From NCBI GenBank assembly GCA_963533485.1, contig CAUSPE010000005.1, positions 2,509 through 66,508 on the forward strand: a DNA stretch of 64,000 nt, in the 5' to 3' direction. Positions 49,454 to 60,294 of this stretch are shown here, piece by piece. The stretch comes from an uncultured Streptococcus sp. GTDB taxonomy: Bacteria; Bacillota; Bacilli; Lactobacillales; Streptococcaceae. Made by a program: the position numbers and the translations under genes. The notes under the pieces were generated by a model. The model was not told the origin of the DNA. It saw only the letters and a program-made list of their open reading frames with translations, and did not search any database. Each line of letters opens with the position of its first letter. The first letter of the stretch is position 1.

Positions 49454-49516
49454 AGGTGTTGACACCTTCATTTTTATTTGTTAAACTAGAAAATATAAAA
49501 ATACCGTCTGGTCGGT
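49454..49516 (+). promoter_or_regulatory. Promoter of the 107-aa gene with TetR-type operator
   Basis: TTGACA (49459)-17-TAAACT with TG extension; ACCG-TCTGGT-CGGT at 49503-49516; AGGTGT-TG-ACACCT across the -35. Confidence 0.7.
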
Positions 49517-49537
49517 CTTTAAAAGAAAGGGCTTAAC

Positions 49538-49861
49538 ATGAAAAAAACTATGCTAGAAAAAACAATCGATTCTATTGCAAAACAAAATCAACGAGTACGT
49601 CAACAACAAATACGTCATCACGAAGCCATTCAAAAGCAAATAAAACTGCAAAAAGAACAGCTTTACCGATTAACACAAGGAGAGAGCGGTATCCGACATT
49701 CTCGTTTGGGAGTGAAATGTGGATATGCTACACTTACTGGTGGGCTCATCACTACTTTGTTTAGTCCTTGGAATGGTTTAGGAATAATGGCCATTGGTGG
49801 GATTTCAGTTCTCTCAAACTTGTATCACATCAAACGTATAGAAGCAAAATTAAAAAAGTAG
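49538..49861 (+). CDS. Hypothetical small membrane protein (basic coiled-coil N-terminus, Gly-rich hydrophobic hairpin)
   Basis: AGAAAGG RBS, consensus promoter, 107-aa ORF. Confidence 0.8.
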   Translation: MKKTMLEKTIDSIAKQNQRVRQQQIRHHEAIQKQIKLQKEQLYRLTQGESGIRHSRLGVKCGYATLTGGLITTLFSPWNGLGIMAIGGISVLSNLYHIKRIEAKLKK

Positions 49862-49960
49862 AGTGGTTTTCTTAAGAAGGAGGCTTGTTAGACGCTCAAA
49901 TATTACCTTTTCTTCTTTTTTTGATAAAATAAATCTATTATAACAGAGAGAAGGAACCCA

Positions 49961-50593
49961 ATGGTCGCAAAAACAGAAAAATCTCAAGCAATGATTGAAA
50001 AAATTTTATCAACAGCTTCACAGCTTTTTATTCACAACGGCTATGAAAAAACAAGTGTACAAAACATAGCGCAAACAGCTGGCATTTCAAAAGGAGCCAT
50101 TTATCACCATTTTCAATCAAAAGATGAAATTTTTTTTGCAGTTTTAAAACAGCGTTATCAATTGATGGAAAAGGAATTGCTAGACTGGCTTAAATCTACC
50201 AGTCATTTGACTGGAAGAGAACAGCTCAAAGAAACCTTTCAGTTTAGTTTAAAAAGTCAGAAAACTAACTACGAAATGTTGAATCACGCACCTCTTGATG
50301 CGGAGTTCATGCTGACTATTATCCGTTATAATCTGCGTATAGGAACTCCCCTTATTGCAGATATTATAAAAAAAGGAATAGAAGATCAGTCCATCCAACC
50401 TATCCCCTTCCCTAATGAAGCAGCCGAGACAATCTTGCTTTTGACTAACTTTTGGGTAGAAGGGAGTATTTTTGAAAATTCTTCCGAAAAAATAGTTGAT
50501 CGTATCTATTTTTTACAATTTATGCTTCAATCCATCGGACTAGATATTTTTGATGAATCTTTGATCCAAGAAATTTTAAGTCAATCAAATTAA
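49961..50593 (+). CDS. TetR/AcrR-family regulator
   Basis: LFIHNGYEKTSVQNIAQTAGISKGAIYHHFQSKDEI HTH. Confidence 0.93.
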   Translation: MVAKTEKSQAMIEKILSTASQLFIHNGYEKTSVQNIAQTAGISKGAIYHHFQSKDEIFFAVLKQRYQLMEKELLDWLKSTSHLTGREQLKETFQFSLKSQKTNYEMLNHAPLDAEFMLTIIRYNLRIGTPLIADIIKKGIEDQSIQPIPFPNEAAETILLLTNFWVEGSIFENSSEKIVDRIYFLQFMLQSIGLDIFDESLIQEILSQSN

Positions 50594-50682
50594 ATACAAT
50601 CTTTTCGTTTACTTTTAAAGCCGTGGATAAACGTAGGACAAGGCGATATAATGATGTAATAAAAAATAAACTAAACGATTAT

Positions 50683-50736
50683 AAAAAAATAGGATAGTTC
50701 CCCAAATGTTTTTTTGGCGAACTATCCTATTTTTTT
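50683..50736. terminator. Bidirectional terminator between tetR and uppP
   Basis: AAAAAAATAGGATAGTTC...GAACTATCCTATTTTTTT. Confidence 0.85.
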
Positions 50737-50747
50737 CTATTTTCAAC

Positions 50748-51593
50748 TTATACAAATAAACGCACAAAACTATAGAGCAACAAAACACTACCGAGTACGA
50801 TACGGTATTTACCAAAGAGTGTAAAGTCGTGCTTCTTCACATAGCTGGTCAAGAAACGAATGGCAACCATGCTGACTGCAAAGGCAACACCCATAGCAAC
50901 CAAGAGCAAGAACAGTTGTCCAAAACTCAAGAGTTGACCTGCTTTGATAAATTTGAAAATCTTTAAAGCACTAGCTCCGAACATAACAGGAATTCCGAGA
51001 TAGAAGGTAAACTCTGTTACGACAGAGCGGCTCGTTCCATTTAACAAACCACCAACAATCGTCGCACCTGAACGGCTCGTTCCTGGGAAAAGAGCGAGGA
51101 CTTGGAAGAGCCCAATGTAAAGGGCTGTTTTATAAGGCAGCTTGTCAAGCTCTGTTACTGTTGGTTCAATGGCTTGCGCCTTATTTCGTTTTTCAAGGTA
51201 GATAAAGGCAACACCATAGATAATCAACATGATTGCAACTGAAACCATGTTATGGAAGTTGGCATCAAACCAATCATCTAATTTAAAGACCAATAGCAAA
51301 GGCAAGGTCGCAACGAAGACTTTTGACCACAATTGCCAAGTTCTACGAACTTCTACCTTAGTTTTACCAGGTTTGAAGGGATTAAGCTTATTAAAGTAAA
51401 TGACCATAACTGCTAAAATGGCACCAAGCTGAATGACAACATTAAACATGGACATGAAGGCTTCATTTTGGTCCTTGTATTGTACAAATTCTTCAACCAA
51501 GATCAAGTGGCCAGTACTTGAAATGGGCAACCATTCTGTAATTCCTTCAACAATCCCAAAAAAGATTGACTTCAAAATTTCAATAAAATACAT
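50748..51593 (-). CDS. uppP: Undecaprenyl-diphosphate phosphatase (BacA)
   Basis: [17 protein letters not shown] and [10 protein letters not shown]. Confidence 0.96.
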   Translation of the reverse strand: MYFIEILKSIFFGIVEGITEWLPISSTGHLILVEEFVQYKDQNEAFMSMFNVVIQLGAILAVMVIYFNKLNPFKPGKTKVEVRRTWQLWSKVFVATLPLLLVFKLDDWFDANFHNMVSVAIMLIIYGVAFIYLEKRNKAQAIEPTVTELDKLPYKTALYIGLFQVLALFPGTSRSGATIVGGLLNGTSRSVVTEFTFYLGIPVMFGASALKIFKFIKAGQLLSFGQLFLLLVAMGVAFAVSMVAIRFLTSYVKKHDFTLFGKYRIVLGSVLLLYSFVRLFV

Positions 51594-51652
51594 ACATTAC
51601 TCCTTTTTCTGTCCTCTATTATAACATAATTTCAGATGTTGCGATAGATTTT

Positions 51653-53548
51653 TTAGAAGGCGCCGATGCTACCACCGCCTCCGCCTCCTGAGAATCCTCC
51701 ACCTGAAGAACCACTTCCAGAAGATACAGAGTAATTGCTAGCTGTATTTGCGACAGCAGTATATTGCTTGATTTGTGCAGTTGAGGTGTAGAACTGTGAG
51801 TGCCAACCATAGGCTACATAAAGATTCAAATCTGGATTTTCAAGCTGAATATGGCGAACTTTTATTAACTTGCTCACCTTCTTGGCATAACCAAAGAGAG
51901 TCGCATAGACCAGTAGACGATTCCAAAGGACGATGCTCTCTAGCTCGGCCTGATCCAGATGAGCGATGTCGCGAAGCATATTTTCAAAACTGGTCCAAAG
52001 ATAGAAGATCTCCGCTCCTTCCTCTGTTAGAACTCCATCGCGATAGGCTCCTCGCGTGGCAAGGTAAACCCAGAAACTAGCTCCTAATCCTGTCAATCCT
52101 AAAAGTAGAAACGGGATCGAAAAGAAGCCATGTGTTTTCCAACTATAGTAAAAGAATAGCAGTCCACCTAGAGCTGTTATGGCTGAACAAACTCGCATCC
52201 CGAGAGCAAGGCGGCGTTCCTCACTTGTCAAGGGACGATAGTAGCTTGGGATACAAAGTACATGGACCTTATCCTTGACACAAGACTGAATGCGTTGAAG
52301 TCTTCCTTCAAAGGAGCGTTTGAGACGCGAGCCTGTTTCTCGGATATGTTTTTCATCTGACTCTTTGGCACCACGGTAAAGGGAAGATGAAACTTGGTAA
52401 TCAGGGAAGAGCTCTGAAATAGCCAATTCTTTCTTATTTGACAAAGTCATGCGCAGGCATTCCTTCTCAAAATTTGATAAGCCTTTTTCACTGATAATTC
52501 GTAAATAAGGTTCCTCATCACCTTGGAAAATAGATAAATGACCTCGATCTACTAAATCCAACAAGGTTGCCTGAATCAAACGTTCAAAAGTAAATTTACC
52601 AAACCCTGATTTGTTTAGGGGATTGACTTCCTCTAAGGAGGTTGAATACACTGCTTCTGCTAAAACCATCGGAGGCAAATCCATCGGTGGTTCGTAGAGT
52701 CGATGATCTTTTGGAAAGACCTTTTTAATGCTTGTACTCTGACGAAACATCCTATAGAAGAGAGGAACTAAAAGTAAGAGGCTCATAAAAATGACGGGGA
52801 ACACCCATTTCATCATTATCTCACTTTGCGCTTTTTCTGTTGCTATATTGCTTTCAATCCGGTTAAAATCGGTTAAACGTTCTTCCTCTAATCCTTGATC
52901 TGGAGCTCCTGCAAAAGCACTTCTCGGCCAGTATGCGTGTAATTCGATTTGTCGCTTTCTAGGAAGGTCTTTCATTTTGACATAATAGAGATTATTTACT
53001 TTTTCAACACTAGAGTCCCTTAGGAGTTGGCCTGCATGAAAATAGAGTTTCTCTGCTGGAGTATCTGAGCTGACCTTGAACTCAATCTCTTTGATGTCTC
53101 CAGTACTATCTGTCAAGGGTTGCCAATTTAGCTCTGCGATGTCCTTATATAAGAAAAGAAGGTTTGTTAGTTTCCAGGTAACCGTTACCCGAACAGTATC
53201 TCCAGCATATCCAGCATTGTAAATTTTTACCTTGTAGCCGTCCTCTTCCTCCATAGTATAGAAGGAAGCATTTTGAACAATTCTTCCATTTTTAGAGACC
53301 TGAACGATTGGATCGGGATCAATGTCAAATCCTCCTGGCATTTTCCCAGCTTTCCCTAGTCCAACTAACTGACCATTATAATCATCTCCAAAGCGGTAGG
53401 TAATTGTTTCCTTAAAAATTGCAGTATTATCTGCATGAATATTCAAATCACCCTGATAGGATAAGATATCAAAGTCTACTGCAAAAACCAGGCTCGGTAT
53501 AAATAATAAATAAGCAAATACCAAAGCCAACAGCCATCTTTTTTTCAT
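51653..53548 (-). CDS. DUF2207 family membrane protein
   Basis: Signal peptide, AELNWQ, LVYATLFG, C-terminal SSGGGFSGGGGGGSIGAF. Confidence 0.88.
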   Translation of the reverse strand: MKKRWLLALVFAYLLFIPSLVFAVDFDILSYQGDLNIHADNTAIFKETITYRFGDDYNGQLVGLGKAGKMPGGFDIDPDPIVQVSKNGRIVQNASFYTMEEEDGYKVKIYNAGYAGDTVRVTVTWKLTNLLFLYKDIAELNWQPLTDSTGDIKEIEFKVSSDTPAEKLYFHAGQLLRDSSVEKVNNLYYVKMKDLPRKRQIELHAYWPRSAFAGAPDQGLEEERLTDFNRIESNIATEKAQSEIMMKWVFPVIFMSLLLLVPLFYRMFRQSTSIKKVFPKDHRLYEPPMDLPPMVLAEAVYSTSLEEVNPLNKSGFGKFTFERLIQATLLDLVDRGHLSIFQGDEEPYLRIISEKGLSNFEKECLRMTLSNKKELAISELFPDYQVSSSLYRGAKESDEKHIRETGSRLKRSFEGRLQRIQSCVKDKVHVLCIPSYYRPLTSEERRLALGMRVCSAITALGGLLFFYYSWKTHGFFSIPFLLLGLTGLGASFWVYLATRGAYRDGVLTEEGAEIFYLWTSFENMLRDIAHLDQAELESIVLWNRLLVYATLFGYAKKVSKLIKVRHIQLENPDLNLYVAYGWHSQFYTSTAQIKQYTAVANTASNYSVSSGSGSSGGGFSGGGGGGSIGAF

Positions 53549-53677
53549 AATCGGTTCCCTCTCAATCTTTTTACTATTATATCATTTTTTATAAGTAAAG
53601 GCTTACTTGTATTGAAAATCTCACTATTTTTAGATACAATAGAGAGAGTCATTTTTAGACTAGAAATAGGAGAAAAC

Positions 53678-55243
53678 ATGAAAAAATTATGCTTATCTAT
53701 CCTTGCTAGCCTAGCCCTTACACTGGGACTAGTTAGCCAAGTCCAAGCCGACGAATATTTACGCATCGGGATGGAGGCAGCATACGCTCCCTTTAACTGG
53801 ACTCAAGACGACGATAGTAACGGCGCTGTCAAAATCGACGGTACCAACCAATATGCCAATGGTTACGATGTTCAAATCGCTAAAAAGATTGCCAAAGACC
53901 TAGGCAAGGAACCTTTGGTCGTGAAAACAAAATGGGAAGGACTTGTTCCAGCCCTTACTTCTGGCAAAATCGATATGATCATTGCCGGTATGAGCCCAAC
54001 GGCTGAACGCAAACAAGAAATTGCTTTTTCAAGCAGTTACTATACTAGCGAACCAGTTCTATTGGTAAAAAAGGACTCTGCCTACGCGAATGCCAAATCT
54101 TTAGAGGACTTTAGCGGAGCAAAAATCACGTCTCAACAAGGTGTTTATCTTTATGATCTGATTTCCCAAATTCCAGGTGCCAAAAAAGAAACTGCTATGG
54201 GTGACTTCGCTCAGATGCGTCAAGCTCTGGAAGCTGGTGTTATTGATGCCTATGTTTCTGAACGACCTGAAGCAATGACTGCTGAGTCTGCTAACGCTAA
54301 GTTCAAAATGATTCAACCCCAACCAGGTTTCAAAACTGGCGAAGAAGATACAGCTATTGCCATTGGACTTCGTAAAGATGACAGTCGCATCAGCCAAATC
54401 AATGCAAGCATCGAAACCATCTCTAAGGATGAGCAAGTAGCCCTCATGGATCGTATGATCAAAGAGCAACCTGTGGAGTCTACAACAACGGAGGAAGAAA
54501 GTAGTTTCTTTAGCCAAGTCGCTAAGATCCTTTCTGAAAACTGGCAACAACTCTTGCGTGGTGCTGGTATCACACTCTTAATCTCCATTATCGGGACCAT
54601 CACAGGTCTCCTTATCGGACTTGCGATTGGGGTCTTCCGTACCGCTCCACTATCTGAGAACAAGGCAATGTACGCCCTACAGAAACTAGTCGGTTGGATT
54701 CTCAATGTCTATATCGAGATCTTCCGTGGTACACCAATGATTGTTCAATCCATGGTTATCTACTATGGAACTGCCCAAGCTTTTGGTATCAACCTTGACC
54801 GCACACTAGCTGCTATCTTCATCGTCTCAATCAACACGGGTGCCTACATGACAGAGATCGTTCGTGGTGGTATTCTAGCAGTTGACAAAGGACAGTTTGA
54901 AGCTGCAACTGCTCTTGGTATGACCCACAATCAAACCATGCGTAAGATTGTCCTACCTCAGGTTGTCCGTAATATTCTACCTGCTACTGGTAATGAGTTT
55001 GTCATCAATATCAAAGATACCTCTGTATTGAACGTTATTTCAGTTGTTGAGCTTTATTTCTCAGGAAATACTGTAGCAACACAAACCTATCAATACTTCC
55101 AGACCTTTACCATCATCGCCGTGATTTACTTTGTCCTCACCTTTACTGTGACCCGTATCCTACGCTTCATCGAACGTCGTATGGACATGGATACTTACAC
55201 TACAGGTGCTAACCAAATGCAAACGGAGGATTTGAAAAAATGA
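53678..55243 (+). CDS. Polar amino-acid ABC transporter, fused substrate-binding and permease protein (521 aa)
   Basis: Start moved to MKKLCLSIL (AGGAG RBS). [29 protein letters not shown] (EAA loop). Confidence 0.92.
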   Translation: MKKLCLSILASLALTLGLVSQVQADEYLRIGMEAAYAPFNWTQDDDSNGAVKIDGTNQYANGYDVQIAKKIAKDLGKEPLVVKTKWEGLVPALTSGKIDMIIAGMSPTAERKQEIAFSSSYYTSEPVLLVKKDSAYANAKSLEDFSGAKITSQQGVYLYDLISQIPGAKKETAMGDFAQMRQALEAGVIDAYVSERPEAMTAESANAKFKMIQPQPGFKTGEEDTAIAIGLRKDDSRISQINASIETISKDEQVALMDRMIKEQPVESTTTEEESSFFSQVAKILSENWQQLLRGAGITLLISIIGTITGLLIGLAIGVFRTAPLSENKAMYALQKLVGWILNVYIEIFRGTPMIVQSMVIYYGTAQAFGINLDRTLAAIFIVSINTGAYMTEIVRGGILAVDKGQFEAATALGMTHNQTMRKIVLPQVVRNILPATGNEFVINIKDTSVLNVISVVELYFSGNTVATQTYQYFQTFTIIAVIYFVLTFTVTRILRFIERRMDMDTYTTGANQMQTEDLKK

Positions 55244-55980
55244 CACAACCAATCCTTGAAATCAAACACCTCAAAAAATCCTATGGGCAAAACGAAGTGC
55301 TAAAAGATATTTCCCTCACCGTCCATAAAGGAGAGGTTATTTCCATCATCGGGAGCTCTGGAAGCGGAAAATCAACCTTCCTTCGTTCAATTAATTTACT
55401 CGAAACACCTACAGAGGGAGAGATTCTCTATCGAGGAGAAAATGTCTTAGAAAAAGGCTATAACCTCACCCATTATCGTGAAAAACTCGGTATGGTTTTC
55501 CAATCTTTCAATCTCTTTGAAAATCTGAATGTCCTCGAAAATACAATCGTCGCTCAGACGACTGTCCTTAAACGTGATCACTCTGAAGCCGAAAAAATTG
55601 CCAAAGAGAATCTCGAAAAAGTTGGCATGGGAGAACGTTACTGGCAAGCCAAGCCGAAGCAACTCTCAGGTGGGCAGAAACAACGCGTGGCTATCGCCCG
55701 CGCACTCTCCATGAATCCTGATGCCATTCTCTTCGATGAACCAACATCTGCCCTTGACCCAGAAATGGTCGGAGAAGTTCTCAAAATTATGCAAGATTTG
55801 GCTCAAGAAGGCTTGACCATGATCGTCGTAACCCACGAAATGGAATTCGCTCGCGATGTCTCTCACCGTGTCATCTTTATGGATAAGGGCGTCATTGCTG
55901 AAGAAGGCAGGCCTGAAGAACTCTTTACAAATCCTAAAGAAGACCGGACAAAAGAATTTCTTCAACGTTATCTCAGCTAA
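55240..55980 (+). CDS. Amino-acid ABC transporter ATP-binding protein (GlnQ-like)
   Basis: [28 protein letters not shown]. Confidence 0.94.
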   Translation: MTQPILEIKHLKKSYGQNEVLKDISLTVHKGEVISIIGSSGSGKSTFLRSINLLETPTEGEILYRGENVLEKGYNLTHYREKLGMVFQSFNLFENLNVLENTIVAQTTVLKRDHSEAEKIAKENLEKVGMGERYWQAKPKQLSGGQKQRVAIARALSMNPDAILFDEPTSALDPEMVGEVLKIMQDLAQEGLTMIVVTHEMEFARDVSHRVIFMDKGVIAEEGRPEELFTNPKEDRTKEFLQRYLS

Positions 55981-56073
55981 TAAACAAAGACTGCATAAGG
56001 AATGCAGTCTTTTTAGTTTGTATTTGTAAAGAAAAAGGCAGACCCGATTCAGGAATCTGCCTGTGACCACAGT

Positions 56074-56289
56074 TTAATCTTCAAATTTTTCATGATTTTT
56101 TTCATAGAAATCGATTAAACCAAGAGCTGTTTCGAATGAAATATTTTTAACTTTTGCGCGTCCTTGTGCTAGAGCAATGATAGACATTTCACGCGCATTC
56201 GTTTCTTTAGAGATACGGTAGCCTGTGATTTTCTTATCACGAACCCAGCCAACAACTGCTTCTACTTTTTCAAAGTTCGACTTAGCCAT
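56074..56289 (-). CDS. Small conserved HTH-like protein (71 aa)
   Basis: AGGAG RBS; own TTGACA-17-TACAAT promoter (56351-56323); TGYRISKET...IIALAQG...NISFETA pattern resembles small Xre/Cro-like proteins. Confidence 0.8.
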   Translation of the reverse strand: MAKSNFEKVEAVVGWVRDKKITGYRISKETNAREMSIIALAQGRAKVKNISFETALGLIDFYEKNHEKFED

Positions 56290-56395
56290 GTTCTTCTCCT
56301 AAATTATTCTTTACAATACTTAATTGTATACGTTTTTATTTCGTTTGTCAATAAAAAAACATATATTCGTCGTAACTATATTATTCTGCATATTT

Positions 56396-57292
56396 TTATT
56401 TGGCTTTTAAAGCCGACAATATATGAGTTCTTATATCCTCAACTCCATTAGGATTTGCTGGTAGAAAGATTGTATTATTACCCTCTTTATCTGCAAAATT
56501 ATTCAACGTATCTAAATACTGGTTCGTTAATAGGATAGACATGATTTGTTCTTCAGTTAGCTCAACATTGGCTCCCTTTAACTCTTGGATAGAATCAGCT
56601 AGTCCGTCAACAATTGCTTTACGCTGCTCTGCAATCCCTACACCATGTAGGCGATCTTTTTCTGCTTCAGCTTCTGCTGCGGTCACGATTTTAATCTTAT
56701 CTGCTTCAGCAAGCTCTTGCGCCGCAACTCTCTTACGTTGAGCCGCGTTAATTTCATTCATTGATTGTTTTACTTCAGCATCAGGTTCAACCTTAGTAAT
56801 CAGCGTTTTGACAATGATATACCCATACGTAGACATTTCTTCAGCCACTTGTTTTTGAACTTCTAAGGCGATTTCATCCTTCTTCTCAAACAACTCATCT
56901 AGGGTTAGCTTTGGTACAGATGAACGCAAAGCATCTTCAATATAGGATTTAATTTGGGCTTCTGGACGCATCAATTTATAATATGCATCTGTGACATTGT
57001 TTTCATTTACTCGATACTGAGTTGCTACATTCATCGTTACAAATACATTATCTTGCGTCTTTGTCTCTACAACAATCTCACTTTGCAACAAGCGTAGTTG
57101 AACTCTTGCTGCAATCCTATCAATCCCAAAAGGAGCTCGTAAATGAATACCACTATTGCTCAACTTTTGGTATTTACCAAAGCGTTCTATGATAGCGACA
57201 GATTGTTGTCGAACCACATACACAGAACTAATCATAATCACTGATGCAATCACCACTAAAAACAATAAAACAAGTAAAATTTGTAAAACCAT
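56396..57292 (-). CDS. SPFH/band-7 domain membrane protein
   Basis: N-terminal TM, IIERFGKY, ETKTQDNV, AEAE-rich coiled coil; promoter TTGCGT-17-TATAAT at 57347-57319. Confidence 0.92.
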   Translation of the reverse strand: MVLQILLVLLFLVVIASVIMISSVYVVRQQSVAIIERFGKYQKLSNSGIHLRAPFGIDRIAARVQLRLLQSEIVVETKTQDNVFVTMNVATQYRVNENNVTDAYYKLMRPEAQIKSYIEDALRSSVPKLTLDELFEKKDEIALEVQKQVAEEMSTYGYIIVKTLITKVEPDAEVKQSMNEINAAQRKRVAAQELAEADKIKIVTAAEAEAEKDRLHGVGIAEQRKAIVDGLADSIQELKGANVELTEEQIMSILLTNQYLDTLNNFADKEGNNTIFLPANPNGVEDIRTHILSALKAK

Positions 57293-57374
57293 GGGAATCT
57301 CCCCCTTTCGTCACCATCATTATAGCACCATCATCATTATTACGCAAATAATATGATAATAATTTTATTTTAGC

Positions 57375-58625
57375 TTAAACTAACATATTATACAACGTTT
57401 CGTTCCCATTCAAATTAATATAAGATGGGTCAAACTTTTCCATTCGATGAATCAATCCAGCATAATCATGCTTATTGGCAAGGGCTACCCCAATCAAGAC
57501 AGGGCCTGTCCCCTTGCTTGCTCGTTTGATATATTCAAAACGAGTGATGTCATCATTTGGCCCCAAAATGTCATTTACAAACTCTCGTAGAGCTCCTGGA
57601 CGTTGTGGGAAATTCACTACAAAGTAATGCTTGATTCCATCGTAAATCAAGGCACGTTCTTCCATCTCTGGCATGCGGTTGATATCGTTATTTCCTCCAG
57701 AAATGATACAACAAATCGTCTTGCCTTTGATATAGTCTGATAAAACTTCCAAGGCTGCAACGCTGGCAGCTCCGGCTGGTTCTGCTACAATACCTTGTTT
57801 GGAATAAAGATCAATCAAGGTTTCAGAAATCAATCCCTCGTCCACCCCAATCAGCGTTTCAACATTCTTACGAGTCGCTTCATAGGTCAATTGTCCAACC
57901 TTTTGTACGGCTATCCCATCAGCGAACTTATCAATTTCTTTGAGCTTAACTGGTCCCCCAGCTTCAAAGGCAGCCTTCATAGAGCGAGCACCATTAGCTT
58001 CTACCCCGATCACTTCAATAGTCGGGTTGGTTTCCTTAATATAAGTAGAAACACCGGCAATCAATCCGCCACCACCTACTGGTACAAGTACTGTATCAAA
58101 ATCAATAGACTCTTTACGGGCTTCTTCAAGAATTTCATAGGCTACAGTCCCTTGACCAGCCTGAACATGCGCATCATCAAAAGGATCGATAAAGGTGCGG
58201 TTTTCTGTCAATGTAAATTCTTGTGCTGCCTTAGCAGAAGCATCAAAGGTATCCCCAACCAACTTGATTGTCACGAACTCTCCACCGAAAAAGCGAACCT
58301 GCCCAATCTTTTGTTGCGGTGTTGTAATGGGCATAAAAATGGTTGCAGGAATCTTCATCTCATTACAAGTATAGGCGACACCTTGGGCATGATTTCCCGC
58401 AGAGGCACAGACTACACCACGCTCGCGTTCATCTTTTGATAGTTGAGAAATGGCATAATAGGCTCCACGAATTTTAAAAGAGCGAACTCGTTGCGCATTC
58501 TCCTTTTTGAGATAAATCTTTGCTTGGTATTTTTCTGATAAATAATGATCATATTCTAGTGGTGTATCAACTACTACACCACTCAAAACTTTGTGGGCTT
58601 TCACCACATCTTTTGCACTTAGCAT
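57375..58625 (-). CDS. ilvA: Threonine ammonia-lyase
   Basis: SFKIRGA (PLP lysine), ASAGNHAQG, PVGGGGLI. Confidence 0.96.
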   Translation of the reverse strand: MLSAKDVVKAHKVLSGVVVDTPLEYDHYLSEKYQAKIYLKKENAQRVRSFKIRGAYYAISQLSKDERERGVVCASAGNHAQGVAYTCNEMKIPATIFMPITTPQQKIGQVRFFGGEFVTIKLVGDTFDASAKAAQEFTLTENRTFIDPFDDAHVQAGQGTVAYEILEEARKESIDFDTVLVPVGGGGLIAGVSTYIKETNPTIEVIGVEANGARSMKAAFEAGGPVKLKEIDKFADGIAVQKVGQLTYEATRKNVETLIGVDEGLISETLIDLYSKQGIVAEPAGAASVAALEVLSDYIKGKTICCIISGGNNDINRMPEMEERALIYDGIKHYFVVNFPQRPGALREFVNDILGPNDDITRFEYIKRASKGTGPVLIGVALANKHDYAGLIHRMEKFDPSYINLNGNETLYNMLV

Positions 58626-58704
58626 TGTCTCCTCCTCAAATACTGTTCAAGATAAAAAACGAGTTAGGTACCCCCAACTCGCCTTCTGTCTCTCTTTACA
58701 AGAA

Positions 58705-59760
<1,056 letters not shown>

Positions 59761-59817
59761 TTAGGCTGGTTTAACAAATTTAAACTGGATTTTATAATCA
59801 CTGAAAATCAAGGAGCA

Positions 59818-60294
59818 TTAGTCGCGGGTAAATCCAGTTGCACCCGTACGAGCGATATTTTTAATACCGTATGGTCGAATCACTCGCAATAAAGCTTCAC
59901 TCTTTTCAGCATTTCCCGTCATCTGGATGGTGATTGAGCTTGGAGCCACATCTACTACCGTTGCACGGAAAGGTTGGATAATGGCCAAGATTTCTGCACG
60001 CTTCTCAGCAGGAGCAGATACTTTTACCAAGATAACTTCTCTTTCCAAGTGTGGTTTATCTGTGATATCTCGAATACGAATCACATCAATCTGACGATTG
60101 AGTTGTTTAATGATTTGCTCTACTTCATCATGAGATGCTACATCAATAATGATGGTGATGCGAGATACATTGGGGTTCTCTGTCGCACCAACTGAGATAC
60201 TCTCAATATTGACTTGACGACGAGAAAGGACACCTGTAAAACGATTCAAAACTCCTGAACGGTTTTGCAATCTAGCTGTTAACATTCTACGCAT
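59818..60294 (-). CDS. ilvH: Acetolactate synthase small subunit (IlvH/IlvN)
   Basis: ACT domain NRSGVLNR...RRQVNIESI; overlaps the ilvB stop. Confidence 0.94.
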   Translation of the reverse strand: MRRMLTARLQNRSGVLNRFTGVLSRRQVNIESISVGATENPNVSRITIIIDVASHDEVEQIIKQLNRQIDVIRIRDITDKPHLEREVILVKVSAPAEKRAEILAIIQPFRATVVDVAPSSITIQMTGNAEKSEALLRVIRPYGIKNIARTGATGFTRD

